A model generated the notes under the pieces. That model saw only the letters and a program-made list of their open reading frames with translations. It did not search any database and had not been told where the DNA came from. A stretch of DNA of 64,000 nt, taken from NCBI GenBank assembly GCA_036679605.1, contig JAZDCZ010000180.1:32001-96000 (forward strand), in the 5' to 3' direction. Of this stretch, positions 20,275-29,494 are shown in pieces. The translations under genes were made by a program, and so were the position numbers. This DNA comes from Gemmatimonadota bacterium. GTDB taxonomy: Bacteria > Gemmatimonadota > Gemmatimonadetes > Gemmatimonadales > GWC2-71-9. Position 1 is the first letter of the stretch; each line of letters opens with the position of its first letter.

Positions 20275-22454
20275 CCTAGCGCCTCCGTTGCCGTTCTGTG
20301 TTGTTTTTGTGCGACCTCAAGATAGCGCCCGTCGGTCCGTAACGTCACCGTTCCGCCCTGATCGGTTCGGAACAGCGGGATGCCGCGGTCTCGCAAGCGA
20401 GTAAGCACCTGTGGTGACGGGTGTCCGTAGCGGTTTCGGCCCACACTCACCGCGGCCACCCTGGGTCGGAGCGAGTCAAGCCAGACCCCAGACGTACCGC
20501 CGGCCGATCCGTGATGACCGATCTTTAGAAAGTCGACCTCACCCACTCGCGCGACCAGGGTGGATTCGACGGGCCACCCGATGTCTCCCGTCAACAGTGC
20601 GGTGAAGCAACCATAACTTACGCGCAAGACAACCGAATTCTCATTGGCATCGAACTGGGTTGCCATCCACCCGGACGACGGGTGGAGAATCTCGAATGAC
20701 ACGGAATCGACGGTGAACACGTCTCCTGCCCTCGCGGGTCGCCACTCGCTCCCCATTTCATCGATGGCCGCAAGGTACTCCAAATAGAGCGAGGTCCCCA
20801 GCGGTTGTCCCGGGTCCAACACCAGAGCCGGTTCGAGTTCGCGGATCACTACCGGTATTCCGCCCAGATGATCTGCATCTCCATGCGAGGTAACGACAAT
20901 TGAAAGACGACGCACTTTCTGGCGTCGGAAGAACGGCAGCACAACCCGGCGGCCCGCATCAGAATCGAGTATGCGCGGCCCACCATCTACCAGTAACCAG
21001 GATCCGCGTGGAGTGTGTATGGCGATCGCGTCGCCCTGACCAATGTTGAGGAGGTGGATCGTGAGTTTACCGGCGCCGTCGCGGCCCGACGTAATCGAGA
21101 CCGACAGGAAAAACCAGGACGCTATGGCACTAGCAAGCATCACCCGTTGGCGCACAACCACCCACGGCGGACGCTTCGCCAAAATCCAGATCATTACAAC
21201 CGACAGCACAAACCAGGGAGCCGCAAACCCAACTCCGGGCTCGCCGGAGATGTGGCCACCCGGCACGCTCGCGCCGAGTGCGGCTACCCGTTCAATGAGA
21301 GCGAGCACGAAGCCGGTGCCTCGGGCAATCGGGCCACCCAGCACCAAGCTCGCGAACACCCCTGGGACGGCCAGCCCGGCGAGGGGTATTGCTACCAGGT
21401 TCGTTGCGATACCGACGGGCGCTACGGCACCAAACGCAAAGGCCGTTATCGGAGCAGTGATAAGCGTGGCTCCAAACGAAGCCCCCAGCAATCGATGCCG
21501 TCTCATGGCCCTGGAGCCGATGTGCGTCCCCCAAACGGCTGCGCCGGACAGCCACGCGCCGACCGACCGTGCTGCTTCGCCATCCACCGCAAGTACTAGC
21601 AGCAGCGCCACCGCCAGGACGGCACTTGGTGACGGGTGTCTCTGACGTGTCTTTGCCACCCCTAGGATCGTCACAAATCCCGCCGCCCGTGCGGCGGATG
21701 CAGGAAAGCCGAGCAGGGCAACGTAGCACCAGACCACCAGGGCACTGACGAGCCATCCACTCTTCCTGGCCCCGAGGCGACGCACCAACAAGAGGATCCA
21801 CGCCGCAACTATGCCCACGTGGAGACCGGATATTGCCAATAGATGGGCTATTCCGGCATCAGCGAAACTGCTGCGAACCTCGGGCTCGATACTCCCCCGA
21901 TTTCCCAACACCATGGCCTCAACGAGCGGAGATCTGTCACCGAAAAGTGTTTGGATCCGACGACCGATAGCTTCTCGCACCATGTACCGTGGTGACCGGC
22001 CTCCCTTGAGAATCCGGATACTCCCGACCCGGAATACTCCATAGCCTCGGTAGGTCCCAACGATCAGCGCTCTGGCGCCGGACGGGATCGAGTCCTGATC
22101 CATGCGCAGCAACAGAGTTCCTCCACATGCGATCGGAGCTGCAAGCACTGTGGCAGTCGTTCTACCTCGTCGTCCCGGCCGGTCTCCCAGTCGGACCAGG
22201 ACAGCCTGGGGACCCGAGCGCCAAACCGTCCGACACTCCCCACCACTCGTGCGCGCCAGCAAGGCTCCCGTCGCCAATCCCACCACCGTTGCCGCCACCA
22301 GAGTCAGCCTCCAGCTCCTTGCGGCCTGGGCAACCGCCATCACACCGACACCGGCCAGTATCGAGATTACCCAAACTGGTACCAAAAAAACGAGGCCGAC
22401 CCAAAGGCCGGCCCCATATAGCGCGACTAGCTGTACGATGGGTGGTCCCACCAC
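20124..22454 (-). CDS. comEC: DNA internalization competence protein ComEC/Rec2
   Basis: HLLAISGLHVG competence-domain motif, IGQGDA, SHGDADHLGG and GHHGS metallo-beta-lactamase motifs, RTDQGG; start set to GTG 22454. Confidence 0.93.
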   Translation of the reverse strand: MVGPPIVQLVALYGAGLWVGLVFLVPVWVISILAGVGVMAVAQAARSWRLTLVAATVVGLATGALLARTSGGECRTVWRSGPQAVLVRLGDRPGRRGRTTATVLAAPIACGGTLLLRMDQDSIPSGARALIVGTYRGYGVFRVGSIRILKGGRSPRYMVREAIGRRIQTLFGDRSPLVEAMVLGNRGSIEPEVRSSFADAGIAHLLAISGLHVGIVAAWILLLVRRLGARKSGWLVSALVVWCYVALLGFPASAARAAGFVTILGVAKTRQRHPSPSAVLAVALLLVLAVDGEAARSVGAWLSGAAVWGTHIGSRAMRRHRLLGASFGATLITAPITAFAFGAVAPVGIATNLVAIPLAGLAVPGVFASLVLGGPIARGTGFVLALIERVAALGASVPGGHISGEPGVGFAAPWFVLSVVMIWILAKRPPWVVVRQRVMLASAIASWFFLSVSITSGRDGAGKLTIHLLNIGQGDAIAIHTPRGSWLLVDGGPRILDSDAGRRVVLPFFRRQKVRRLSIVVTSHGDADHLGGIPVVIRELEPALVLDPGQPLGTSLYLEYLAAIDEMGSEWRPARAGDVFTVDSVSFEILHPSSGWMATQFDANENSVVLRVSYGCFTALLTGDIGWPVESTLVARVGEVDFLKIGHHGSAGGTSGVWLDSLRPRVAAVSVGRNRYGHPSPQVLTRLRDRGIPLFRTDQGGTVTLRTDGRYLEVAQKQHRTATEALGCLIQPSLQSNDSSSSRSGCTRKPRVSLPICSTTSRSLPRSYPDTSDERG

Positions 22455-22458
22455 CCCC

Positions 22459-22752
22459 TCAACCGCCCACGTCGGGTCCCATTGGACTCGCATGCCCTGC
22501 ACGAGGCTGCGCCTTTACTTTGCGCATCGCCTCCAGCAAGAGCACCGAAACATCTGTCTTGGATTGATCTGCCTCCAACGCGATGTTGGAGATCACCTCG
22601 CCCGCGCGCTGTGCTACGTATCGGGGGGGCAACCGGTTTAGTGTATACACCAGTACGTCCTCCTTGCACGGGGTACAGGTGCAGAAACCGGCTACGCTGT
22701 CTTTCAAGGCCTCGTACTCGCGCTCAACCAGGTCAACCAAAATATTCTTCAC
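22459..22752 (-). CDS. ComFB family protein (cyclic-dinucleotide receptor superfamily)
   Basis: N-terminal KN, CTCTPC..D.....LNRLPPRYV, C-terminal KVKAQPR. Confidence 0.85.
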   Translation of the reverse strand: MKNILVDLVEREYEALKDSVAGFCTCTPCKEDVLVYTLNRLPPRYVAQRAGEVISNIALEADQSKTDVSVLLLEAMRKVKAQPRAGHASPMGPDVGG

Positions 22753-24071
22753 CCCACGACGGCCAACCTCCTCTCCGTCACGACCGGAACTCCAGTGAAT
22801 GTCGCCCCTGTCGTGCCCGTCAACCTCACGTCGAGATACTGCCCGATTTGGGAGGCCTCGTCTTCAAGTAGAACCACCTTGTTGGTACGTGTCCGCGACT
22901 GTAGCAGATCGCCCCTCCTAGCTTGGTCTTCTACCAAGACTTCGTGCGTACTCCCAACCAACGCCGCGTTCTTGGAGCGCGCGATATCTCTCACTGTCGA
23001 TATTAATCGTTCCAATCTTCCTGCCTTTACATCTTCAGGGACTTGGCCGCTCAGCTTTACTGCGCCCGTCCCGCCCCGTCGCGAGTACTTGAACGTAAAC
23101 GCGTCATCGAACTCAACCTCTCGCACCAGACTCTCTGTCTCGACAAACTCGGCATCTGTCTCACCTGGAAAACCAACAATGATGTCGGTAGTTATCGCTA
23201 ACTCCGGTATAGCAGCACGTAAGCGCTGTACACAGTCTAGGTAAATAGAACGATCGTAGCGTCTGCCCATCAGCTTGAGCACGCGCGACGACCCGCTCTG
23301 GACAGGTAGGTGCACGTGTTCACACACGCTCGGCACTTCGGCCATCGCTCGAATCACCAAGTCAGTGAAATCGGTCGGGTAAGGGCTTGTGAACCGCACA
23401 CGTCTGATGCCGGAAACCGAGCCCATGGCCCTCAGTAGCACCGAGAAATCATTGTCACCATCTCGGTAGCTGTTGACCGTTTGCCCCAACAGCGTAATTT
23501 CTGTCACTCCGCTCGCCACGAGAGTTTCCACCTCGGAAATTACGTCCTCCAATCTACGGCTTCTTTCCCGGCCACGTGTCATCGGAACTACGCAGAACGT
23601 GCACCTATAATCGCAGCCACGTTGCACCGTCACGAAAGCGCGCGCCGTGCCCGGCCGCTGCGGCGGAATGTCCTCATAGTGTTCCCATGGCTTGAACTCG
23701 ACGTCCGTCGCCCGGGTGCCCCGGGCTGCGTCCGCGATCAGGTTGGGAAGAGCCCTATATCCGTCCGGGCCAACCACCAAGTCGACATGAGGAGCTTCGT
23801 CCAGCAGTTGGCGACCGAGTCTCTGTGCCATGCAACCAACGGCGCCGAGAACTACACCGGCCCTCTTGTGACGCTTTAAATCACCCAACCTGCCTATGAC
23901 GCGCTGCTCAGCGCGGTCGCGGACCGCACATGTGTTCACCAGAATCACGTCCGCCGCCGCCGGGTCGTCGGTGCGAACATACCCCTCGCGCGCCATGAGC
24001 CCCGTTAACACTTGGGTGTCGGCTACGTTCATCTGGCAGCCGTACGTTTCGATATACACTCGTTTCATCAT
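22749..24071 (-). CDS. miaB: tRNA-2-methylthio-N6-dimethylallyladenosine synthase
   Basis: TYGCQMNVAD, NTCAVRDRAE, GCMAQ, CDYRCTFC radical SAM motif, HLPVQSGS, TRAM-like tail. Confidence 0.95.
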   Translation of the reverse strand: MMKRVYIETYGCQMNVADTQVLTGLMAREGYVRTDDPAAADVILVNTCAVRDRAEQRVIGRLGDLKRHKRAGVVLGAVGCMAQRLGRQLLDEAPHVDLVVGPDGYRALPNLIADAARGTRATDVEFKPWEHYEDIPPQRPGTARAFVTVQRGCDYRCTFCVVPMTRGRERSRRLEDVISEVETLVASGVTEITLLGQTVNSYRDGDNDFSVLLRAMGSVSGIRRVRFTSPYPTDFTDLVIRAMAEVPSVCEHVHLPVQSGSSRVLKLMGRRYDRSIYLDCVQRLRAAIPELAITTDIIVGFPGETDAEFVETESLVREVEFDDAFTFKYSRRGGTGAVKLSGQVPEDVKAGRLERLISTVRDIARSKNAALVGSTHEVLVEDQARRGDLLQSRTRTNKVVLLEDEASQIGQYLDVRLTGTTGATFTGVPVVTERRLAVVG

Positions 24072-25318
24072 TGCTCAACAGGTATGGCACGCATCTCGTT
24101 CGCTACCAATCGCAGGTCAACTTCGAATCTATTGGACAGAACCCGGTCCGTTGCCATGCGTACCGATATGTAATCGCCGGTCAACGCGTCGTATCCGCCA
24201 CCGCCCCTACCCAGCAACACTACATCCGCACGCCCGCCATGTCGGGACTCGCGATAGGCAGAACTCTTGACCTTGGCAAGCTCCCTGAGCTGCTCCGACC
24301 TGAGCCTGGCAACACCCGGGTCAATGGCCCTCCCGAGCTTCTGCGATGCGGCGCTCGGCCGCTCCGAATAGGGAAACACGTGGAGGTAGGTAAACGGTAG
24401 CCTGTCGATGACTGCTATTGTTTCCGCAAAGTCGGTTTCCGACTCACCCGGGAACCCCACCATGACGTCCGCACCAAGCCCAAAACGAGGAAGCCGAGAC
24501 GCCAATCGCTCGAGCCTCTCGCAGTAATCTGCTGAAGTATACCAGTGCCTCCCCATACGCTTGAGAACGCGATCACTCCCCGACTGCAGCGGAGCGTGAA
24601 CGTGCGGTACCAGGTGATCCGGAGCACCGATCATGATCTCCGCGAGCCTGTCATCAATTTCTGTCGCCTCGACAGAAGATAGGCGGAATCTAGCACTTGG
24701 GACTCGTCGTATCAGCTCCTCGACAAGCATGCTGAGACACACGGGATCAGCACAGTCGAGACCGTAACTACCGATGTGCACTCCTGTCAGGACTAGTTCG
24801 GGGTGATTGATTGCGAGCGCACATGCTTCGGTCACCAGCTCGTCTATTGGACGTGACCGGCTTGCACCACGGGCTACGGTAGTGGCGCAGAAGGTACAGT
24901 ATTCATCGCAACCGTCCTGAATTTTGAGCCACGCACGACCGTCACGCCCGAACCTGCGCAGGACCGTATCGACCTGCGCGTCAAGAAAACCCAAGGCCGG
25001 CAAAACTCTGTTGGGATCCGCCCCACCGATGACATCGGTCACGCCCGGGAGTGCCCGTATATTGCCATCGTCGAGTGCTGCCGCACAGCCCATCACTACC
25101 GTGCGTAGATCCTTGTTGTTGCGAGCCAAACGCCGCACCAAACCCCGCATTTTCGCCTCGCCTACGTGGGTGACGGTACAAGAATTCACAACGGCCGTGT
25201 CGGCTTCACAGGGGTCATCTACGGTCACAGCGCCGACGTCCTCCAGCGCTTGTCTCACCAACGCGGTATCGTACTGATTGGCTTTGCATCCGAAGGTGTG
25301 GTAGTAGATTTTGGTCAT
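24068..25318 (-). CDS. mtaB: MtaB-like radical SAM methylthiotransferase
   Basis: TFGCKANQYD, NSCTVT, KIQDGCDEYCTFC, HVFPYSER; start ATG 25318 in an ATGA overlap. Confidence 0.85.
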   Translation of the reverse strand: MTKIYYHTFGCKANQYDTALVRQALEDVGAVTVDDPCEADTAVVNSCTVTHVGEAKMRGLVRRLARNNKDLRTVVMGCAAALDDGNIRALPGVTDVIGGADPNRVLPALGFLDAQVDTVLRRFGRDGRAWLKIQDGCDEYCTFCATTVARGASRSRPIDELVTEACALAINHPELVLTGVHIGSYGLDCADPVCLSMLVEELIRRVPSARFRLSSVEATEIDDRLAEIMIGAPDHLVPHVHAPLQSGSDRVLKRMGRHWYTSADYCERLERLASRLPRFGLGADVMVGFPGESETDFAETIAVIDRLPFTYLHVFPYSERPSAASQKLGRAIDPGVARLRSEQLRELAKVKSSAYRESRHGGRADVVLLGRGGGGYDALTGDYISVRMATDRVLSNRFEVDLRLVANEMRAIPVEQ

Positions 25319-26454
25319 GGCCGTATGGTGATTCCGAACGAGATATGCCACGCACGTTCCTCGGCTCCGGCGCCATCACGCAGCAGTCGTTCGAGCCCGA
25401 AATCGATGATTCCTCGCCCATTCGCTATGAGCAACGAAGTACCAAACGAGAAATCGAGTTCACGTGCTTGGTCGGAGGTTGGGCTAAACGGCAGCTGAGC
25501 GTAGTGCACGCCTAACCGCACGGGGAGCTTGGATCCTCCATCCCCTCCGCCGATTTCTAACCCACTTCCGAATTCCAGCACGTCGAACACCTTTCCGACT
25601 CCGCCCGCGTCAAGACCGTCTGCAGCATCGGACCAAGATCTCCAGGTGACGGTACTCGACCATCTTATTCGTGGTGTAAGCGCAATCATGGCACCACCAG
25701 TGAACGAAGTCGGCAGATCAATATCACGCCCTCGCACCGAGTCCCGCGTCGTCTCCAGCTTCCCATCGCTTCGCATAACACCGCCCACTGTGACACGCGG
25801 ATGTGGCAACCACATGAATCCCGCAGACAAACCCGTTCCTTGAAATGAGAGCTGATCCACCTCCGTGAGAGGCCGAAACTCAGGGACCGCAAATCCACGA
25901 GTCGTACCGACTCGTGCCGATCCCGTAATGATGTGGACCGCACCACCTACGCTCAGCTTCGATGATACCTTGACTCCCATTGCAGCCCGTACGTCGGCGA
26001 TTGAGCCGTCCGATTGCAACCTATCAGTTACGGAGACGGGTTCACCCCGTATCAATACGGTATCTGTTGTTACGAGATCGAACGTGCGCTCTGCGTAGAT
26101 CGAGAACCCCAGTGAAGCGAATAACGGGCCATTGCCGAACCGCCCACCTAGAACGCCGAACGGGAATCTCGTCTCGGATAGCCCCGTGGCCGACGTATCC
26201 AGCGCAGAGTATTTTCTCAGAGTGGTGCCAAAGTTTATTGCGGCTGTAAGGCTCCGAAACCCCACAACCGCCGCAGGGTTGACACCAGATCTGGCATCGA
26301 ACGTGGAGTACCCGCCCCCAAGGGTTCTGCTCCGGACACCATCGGCCCGACCCGGAAAACCAATACCCAGCACACCAAAAAGCGAATTCTGCGCCACCGC
26401 TCGAGCGGGCAGCGCAGCTAAAAGTGCCACAATGAGCACCATTGTTCCGCGCAC
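25315..26454 (-). CDS. outer-membrane beta-barrel protein (FadL/PorV-like)
   Basis: Signal peptide ..AVA|QNS, early NPA motif, alternating amphipathic strands, terminal strand WHISFGITIRP. Confidence 0.7.
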   Translation of the reverse strand: MRGTMVLIVALLAALPARAVAQNSLFGVLGIGFPGRADGVRSRTLGGGYSTFDARSGVNPAAVVGFRSLTAAINFGTTLRKYSALDTSATGLSETRFPFGVLGGRFGNGPLFASLGFSIYAERTFDLVTTDTVLIRGEPVSVTDRLQSDGSIADVRAAMGVKVSSKLSVGGAVHIITGSARVGTTRGFAVPEFRPLTEVDQLSFQGTGLSAGFMWLPHPRVTVGGVMRSDGKLETTRDSVRGRDIDLPTSFTGGAMIALTPRIRWSSTVTWRSWSDAADGLDAGGVGKVFDVLEFGSGLEIGGGDGGSKLPVRLGVHYAQLPFSPTSDQARELDFSFGTSLLIANGRGIIDFGLERLLRDGAGAEERAWHISFGITIRP

Positions 26455-27653
26455 TATCGGTTGCTTCCGGCCGGTGGGATGAATGTCCACTGTATCAACG
26501 GTGAGCCGAAGCTCGCTCTACTCGATTGGAATCGGTATTCACCGACTCCAGCTCCCTCCGGAACTACTCGTAGCATGAACGAACGGGGCAATCTTGGATT
26601 GTTCTTCCACGGAACGACAATATGTGTGATATCGATGCGAACAGTGTCCATGCTACCCACGGGTAAAAGAGCGCTACCGAACAACAGAGAATCAGAGGGC
26701 AGAGGTATGATCGGAGATTTCGGTCCGAAGTCAGTAATGAGTGCTTCGGCTTGGATCCGTATGGTGTCCCCGGGCACGCCTATCACGGGTTCACTCGGGA
26801 TCATTATTAGCGTGGCACGGATCACATTTGAGGTGTCGACAATAAATGACGGCGCGTTTACTCGGAGCAGCGCTCGGGCAGAAGGGCTGCCTCCAACCGA
26901 TAACGCGTCGGGTCCTGGTACGCCACTCGCCGAGAATAGGAAACTATCGAAATCAACCTGGCGGCTCTCCGACCGTTGGACCGTCGTTCCATCTGTCGAA
27001 TCTATTTGCACCCAACGCCCCAACGATGCTCCGTTGCCACTACCGTTTGCGGAAACGTCGACGAGTGCCGGTCCAACAGATCGAATAGCGATACCTATGG
27101 ACGCTACCAGGCTGTCAGCTGCCAGCGTTGGAAATGCATCGACAGCCAATATTGCCGAGAGACTATCCGAGGTCACCGAATCGGCAATATTGATCGTTGC
27201 AATGAGCGTACTGTCAGCAAAAAATTGATCGACGGCGCCAAAAGTCGTCGTAGAATCGATGTTTGCCGGAAGGCGATGGATCGCAAGCTCGATATTCGAG
27301 CCCGCCGGGAAGCGCCGCGCCAAATTCAACCTGAGGCTGAACGAATCCGTCGCCAACACCGGTTGATTGGACCCGAAATCAATCACGCGTACCGAGTCGC
27401 TAAAAGGCAGGAATCGGATCACGCCGCGCGACGTGATCGCACCCCCTGAAATAACCTGCATCGTTGCTGCATCTTGGGGAATGACGAAGCCGCGAAAGGA
27501 ACTGTCCCGCTCGATAAGGCCGGCGATAACCGTGTCAATCACTTTGATTGTGCTCGAAGGGCAAAACTCAGGACACGCACCCGGAGCCCCGACGTCTTCG
27601 GTGCACGCAGCCGCGATTACCAGCAGGCTAAGCGAGGCGAGTAGTTTTCCCAT
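26454..27653 (-). CDS. hypothetical beta-rich lipoprotein
   Basis: MGKLLASLSLLVIAAAC lipobox, a second Cys pair CPEFC, S/T/D-rich beta content. Confidence 0.7.
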   Translation of the reverse strand: MGKLLASLSLLVIAAACTEDVGAPGACPEFCPSSTIKVIDTVIAGLIERDSSFRGFVIPQDAATMQVISGGAITSRGVIRFLPFSDSVRVIDFGSNQPVLATDSFSLRLNLARRFPAGSNIELAIHRLPANIDSTTTFGAVDQFFADSTLIATINIADSVTSDSLSAILAVDAFPTLAADSLVASIGIAIRSVGPALVDVSANGSGNGASLGRWVQIDSTDGTTVQRSESRQVDFDSFLFSASGVPGPDALSVGGSPSARALLRVNAPSFIVDTSNVIRATLIMIPSEPVIGVPGDTIRIQAEALITDFGPKSPIIPLPSDSLLFGSALLPVGSMDTVRIDITHIVVPWKNNPRLPRSFMLRVVPEGAGVGEYRFQSSRASFGSPLIQWTFIPPAGSNR

Positions 27654-27915
27654 TTGCCTCAAAAGAATCCAAGATAGCCATGATCACGGCATCAACCGGA
27701 CGGTCCTTAGTGACTTCCGTCTGCCGTGCTGAGGAACCCGACGCATACAGCACGACCTCGCCCGCTCCGGCTCCCACGGCATCGACAGCGACGACATAGC
27801 TCCCGTCGCCATCAAGTTCCAAGCTCACATTTTCGACCACCAGAAACTTTACTCCTGATAGAGAAGGATCCTTCCTCGTAGCCACTACGGTTCCTATTAC
27901 TCGACCCATCTTCAT
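27628..27915 (-). CDS. EutN/CcmL family microcompartment vertex (BMC-P) protein
   Basis: MKMGRVIGTVVATRKDPSL.GVKFLVV..VAVDAVGAGAGEVVL..GSSAR..PVDAVIMAILD. Confidence 0.95.
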   Translation of the reverse strand: MKMGRVIGTVVATRKDPSLSGVKFLVVENVSLELDGDGSYVVAVDAVGAGAGEVVLYASGSSARQTEVTKDRPVDAVIMAILDSFEANGKTTRLA

Positions 27916-28322
27916 TGGCTCAGGTCCTCCCTTTGGAACGCATTGGGCAACAGCTCACGAAGACACCAACGCCGCGATTCGTTAGGTCCAATCGCATCTA
28001 CGATCAGCTCACTCCCGAACTCGTTCAGCACCTGCCGACACGCTCCACACGGCGCCGCGGGTGGCGACGAGTTCGTCACAATTACTATCCGCGTGAACTT
28101 CCTTGCGCCCGCACCCACCGCAGCACCCAACGCTACACGCTCGGCGCAATTCGTGAGTCCGAACGACGCACACTCAACGTTGGCCCCAGTAAAAATTCGG
28201 CCGTCTTCCGATTCCAGCGCCACTCCAACCGCGAACTTGCTGTAAGGCGCATACGCGTTCGACTGTGCCTCGGTGGCAGCCGCCACAAGAGGATCGGTTT
28301 CCGCTGTCAATTGGTCCTCCAT
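27912..28322 (-). CDS. cdd: cytidine deaminase (homotetrameric type)
   Basis: AYAPYSKFAVG, GANVE, CAERVA, PCGACRQ, ELLPNAF. Confidence 0.95.
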   Translation of the reverse strand: MEDQLTAETDPLVAAATEAQSNAYAPYSKFAVGVALESEDGRIFTGANVECASFGLTNCAERVALGAAVGAGARKFTRIVIVTNSSPPAAPCGACRQVLNEFGSELIVDAIGPNESRRWCLRELLPNAFQREDLSQ

Positions 28323-29494
28323 GGTGCAACATCATCCAAGAACGACTCTCCTGCCGCCGGCGACAATCCAAAGTAACCGGCGATCGTTGCTCCGATGTCT
28401 GCGAAGCTAGATCGGGTCCCCAGCGAAACCGGAACCACACGCGGCCCAACCACCAATATAGGAACTGCCTCCCTCGAATGATCGGTTGAGGAGGTAGTCG
28501 GGTCATTGCCGTGATCCGCCGTGAGGATCATCATGTCATCCTCCCTTAAAAGCTCGACCAGCCCCGGAAGGATCGAGTCGAGATCCCGCAACCCTTTGTA
28601 AAACCCCTCAACGTCATTTCGGTGCCCCCAGCTTTGATCGAACTCGATCACGTTGGCGAAGAGCAGCCCGCTATCCATGCTATCGAGAGCTTCCCCGATC
28701 AGTCGGTACGCGTCCTCGTTGGTGGGGGTATGCCGGCTTGATATGCTGCGGCCCGCAAAAAGGTCATCTATTTTGCCCACACCCACACGTGGAACACCTG
28801 AATCTGCAAGGCGATCCAGCAACGTCTCTTGAATCGGATCCACTGAAAAATCACGGCGATTATGTGTGCGCCTGAAGTTATCGGGTTCCCCCACAAATGG
28901 ACGGGCGATTACCCGAGAGACTGCGTTTTCACCAACCAGGACCTTCCGCCGGGCTTCATCGCAGGCCTCGTATAGCTCTTCAAGCGGGATCAGGTCCTCG
29001 TGAGCCGCGACCTGAAACACGCTATCCGCTGACGTATAAACTATCCACGCACCCGTTTCGAGGTGATCGCGACCCAGATCGTTGATTATCACTGTCCCCG
29101 AAGCGGCAACGTTACCAATGGACTTGCGGCCGGTTCGTTGCTCAAACGCGCCGATCACCTCTGCAGGAAACCCGTCGGGATAGGTGGGGAAAGCATCGTC
29201 CAACAGCAACTCACAGATTTCCCAGTGTCCCGTCGTACTGTCTTTGCCAGGCGACTTTGGTAGGGCTACGCCATACGCCCCCTCAGGACTCTCGCATTTC
29301 ATGCCGGACAGCGGTCGCGCGCAACCCAATCCCAGCGAGCCGAGGTAGGGCAATTCCATCCCTCCCACGGCCCTCGCCAGGTTCCCGAGCGTGTCACTCC
29401 CCTCGTCCCCATAATCGGACGCGTCCGGTGCGGCTCCGATTCCCAGGCCATCCAACACAATTAGTGCGACCCGCCCTTGTTTCTGCTTTTCCAC
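28307..29494 (-). CDS. deoB: phosphopentomutase
   Basis: IVLDGLGIG, GKDSTTGHWE, YTSADSVFQ, WGHRND, TADHGNDPT, DHSREAVP. Confidence 0.96.
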   Translation of the reverse strand: MEKQKQGRVALIVLDGLGIGAAPDASDYGDEGSDTLGNLARAVGGMELPYLGSLGLGCARPLSGMKCESPEGAYGVALPKSPGKDSTTGHWEICELLLDDAFPTYPDGFPAEVIGAFEQRTGRKSIGNVAASGTVIINDLGRDHLETGAWIVYTSADSVFQVAAHEDLIPLEELYEACDEARRKVLVGENAVSRVIARPFVGEPDNFRRTHNRRDFSVDPIQETLLDRLADSGVPRVGVGKIDDLFAGRSISSRHTPTNEDAYRLIGEALDSMDSGLLFANVIEFDQSWGHRNDVEGFYKGLRDLDSILPGLVELLREDDMMILTADHGNDPTTSSTDHSREAVPILVVGPRVVPVSLGTRSSFADIGATIAGYFGLSPAAGESFLDDVAPWRTN

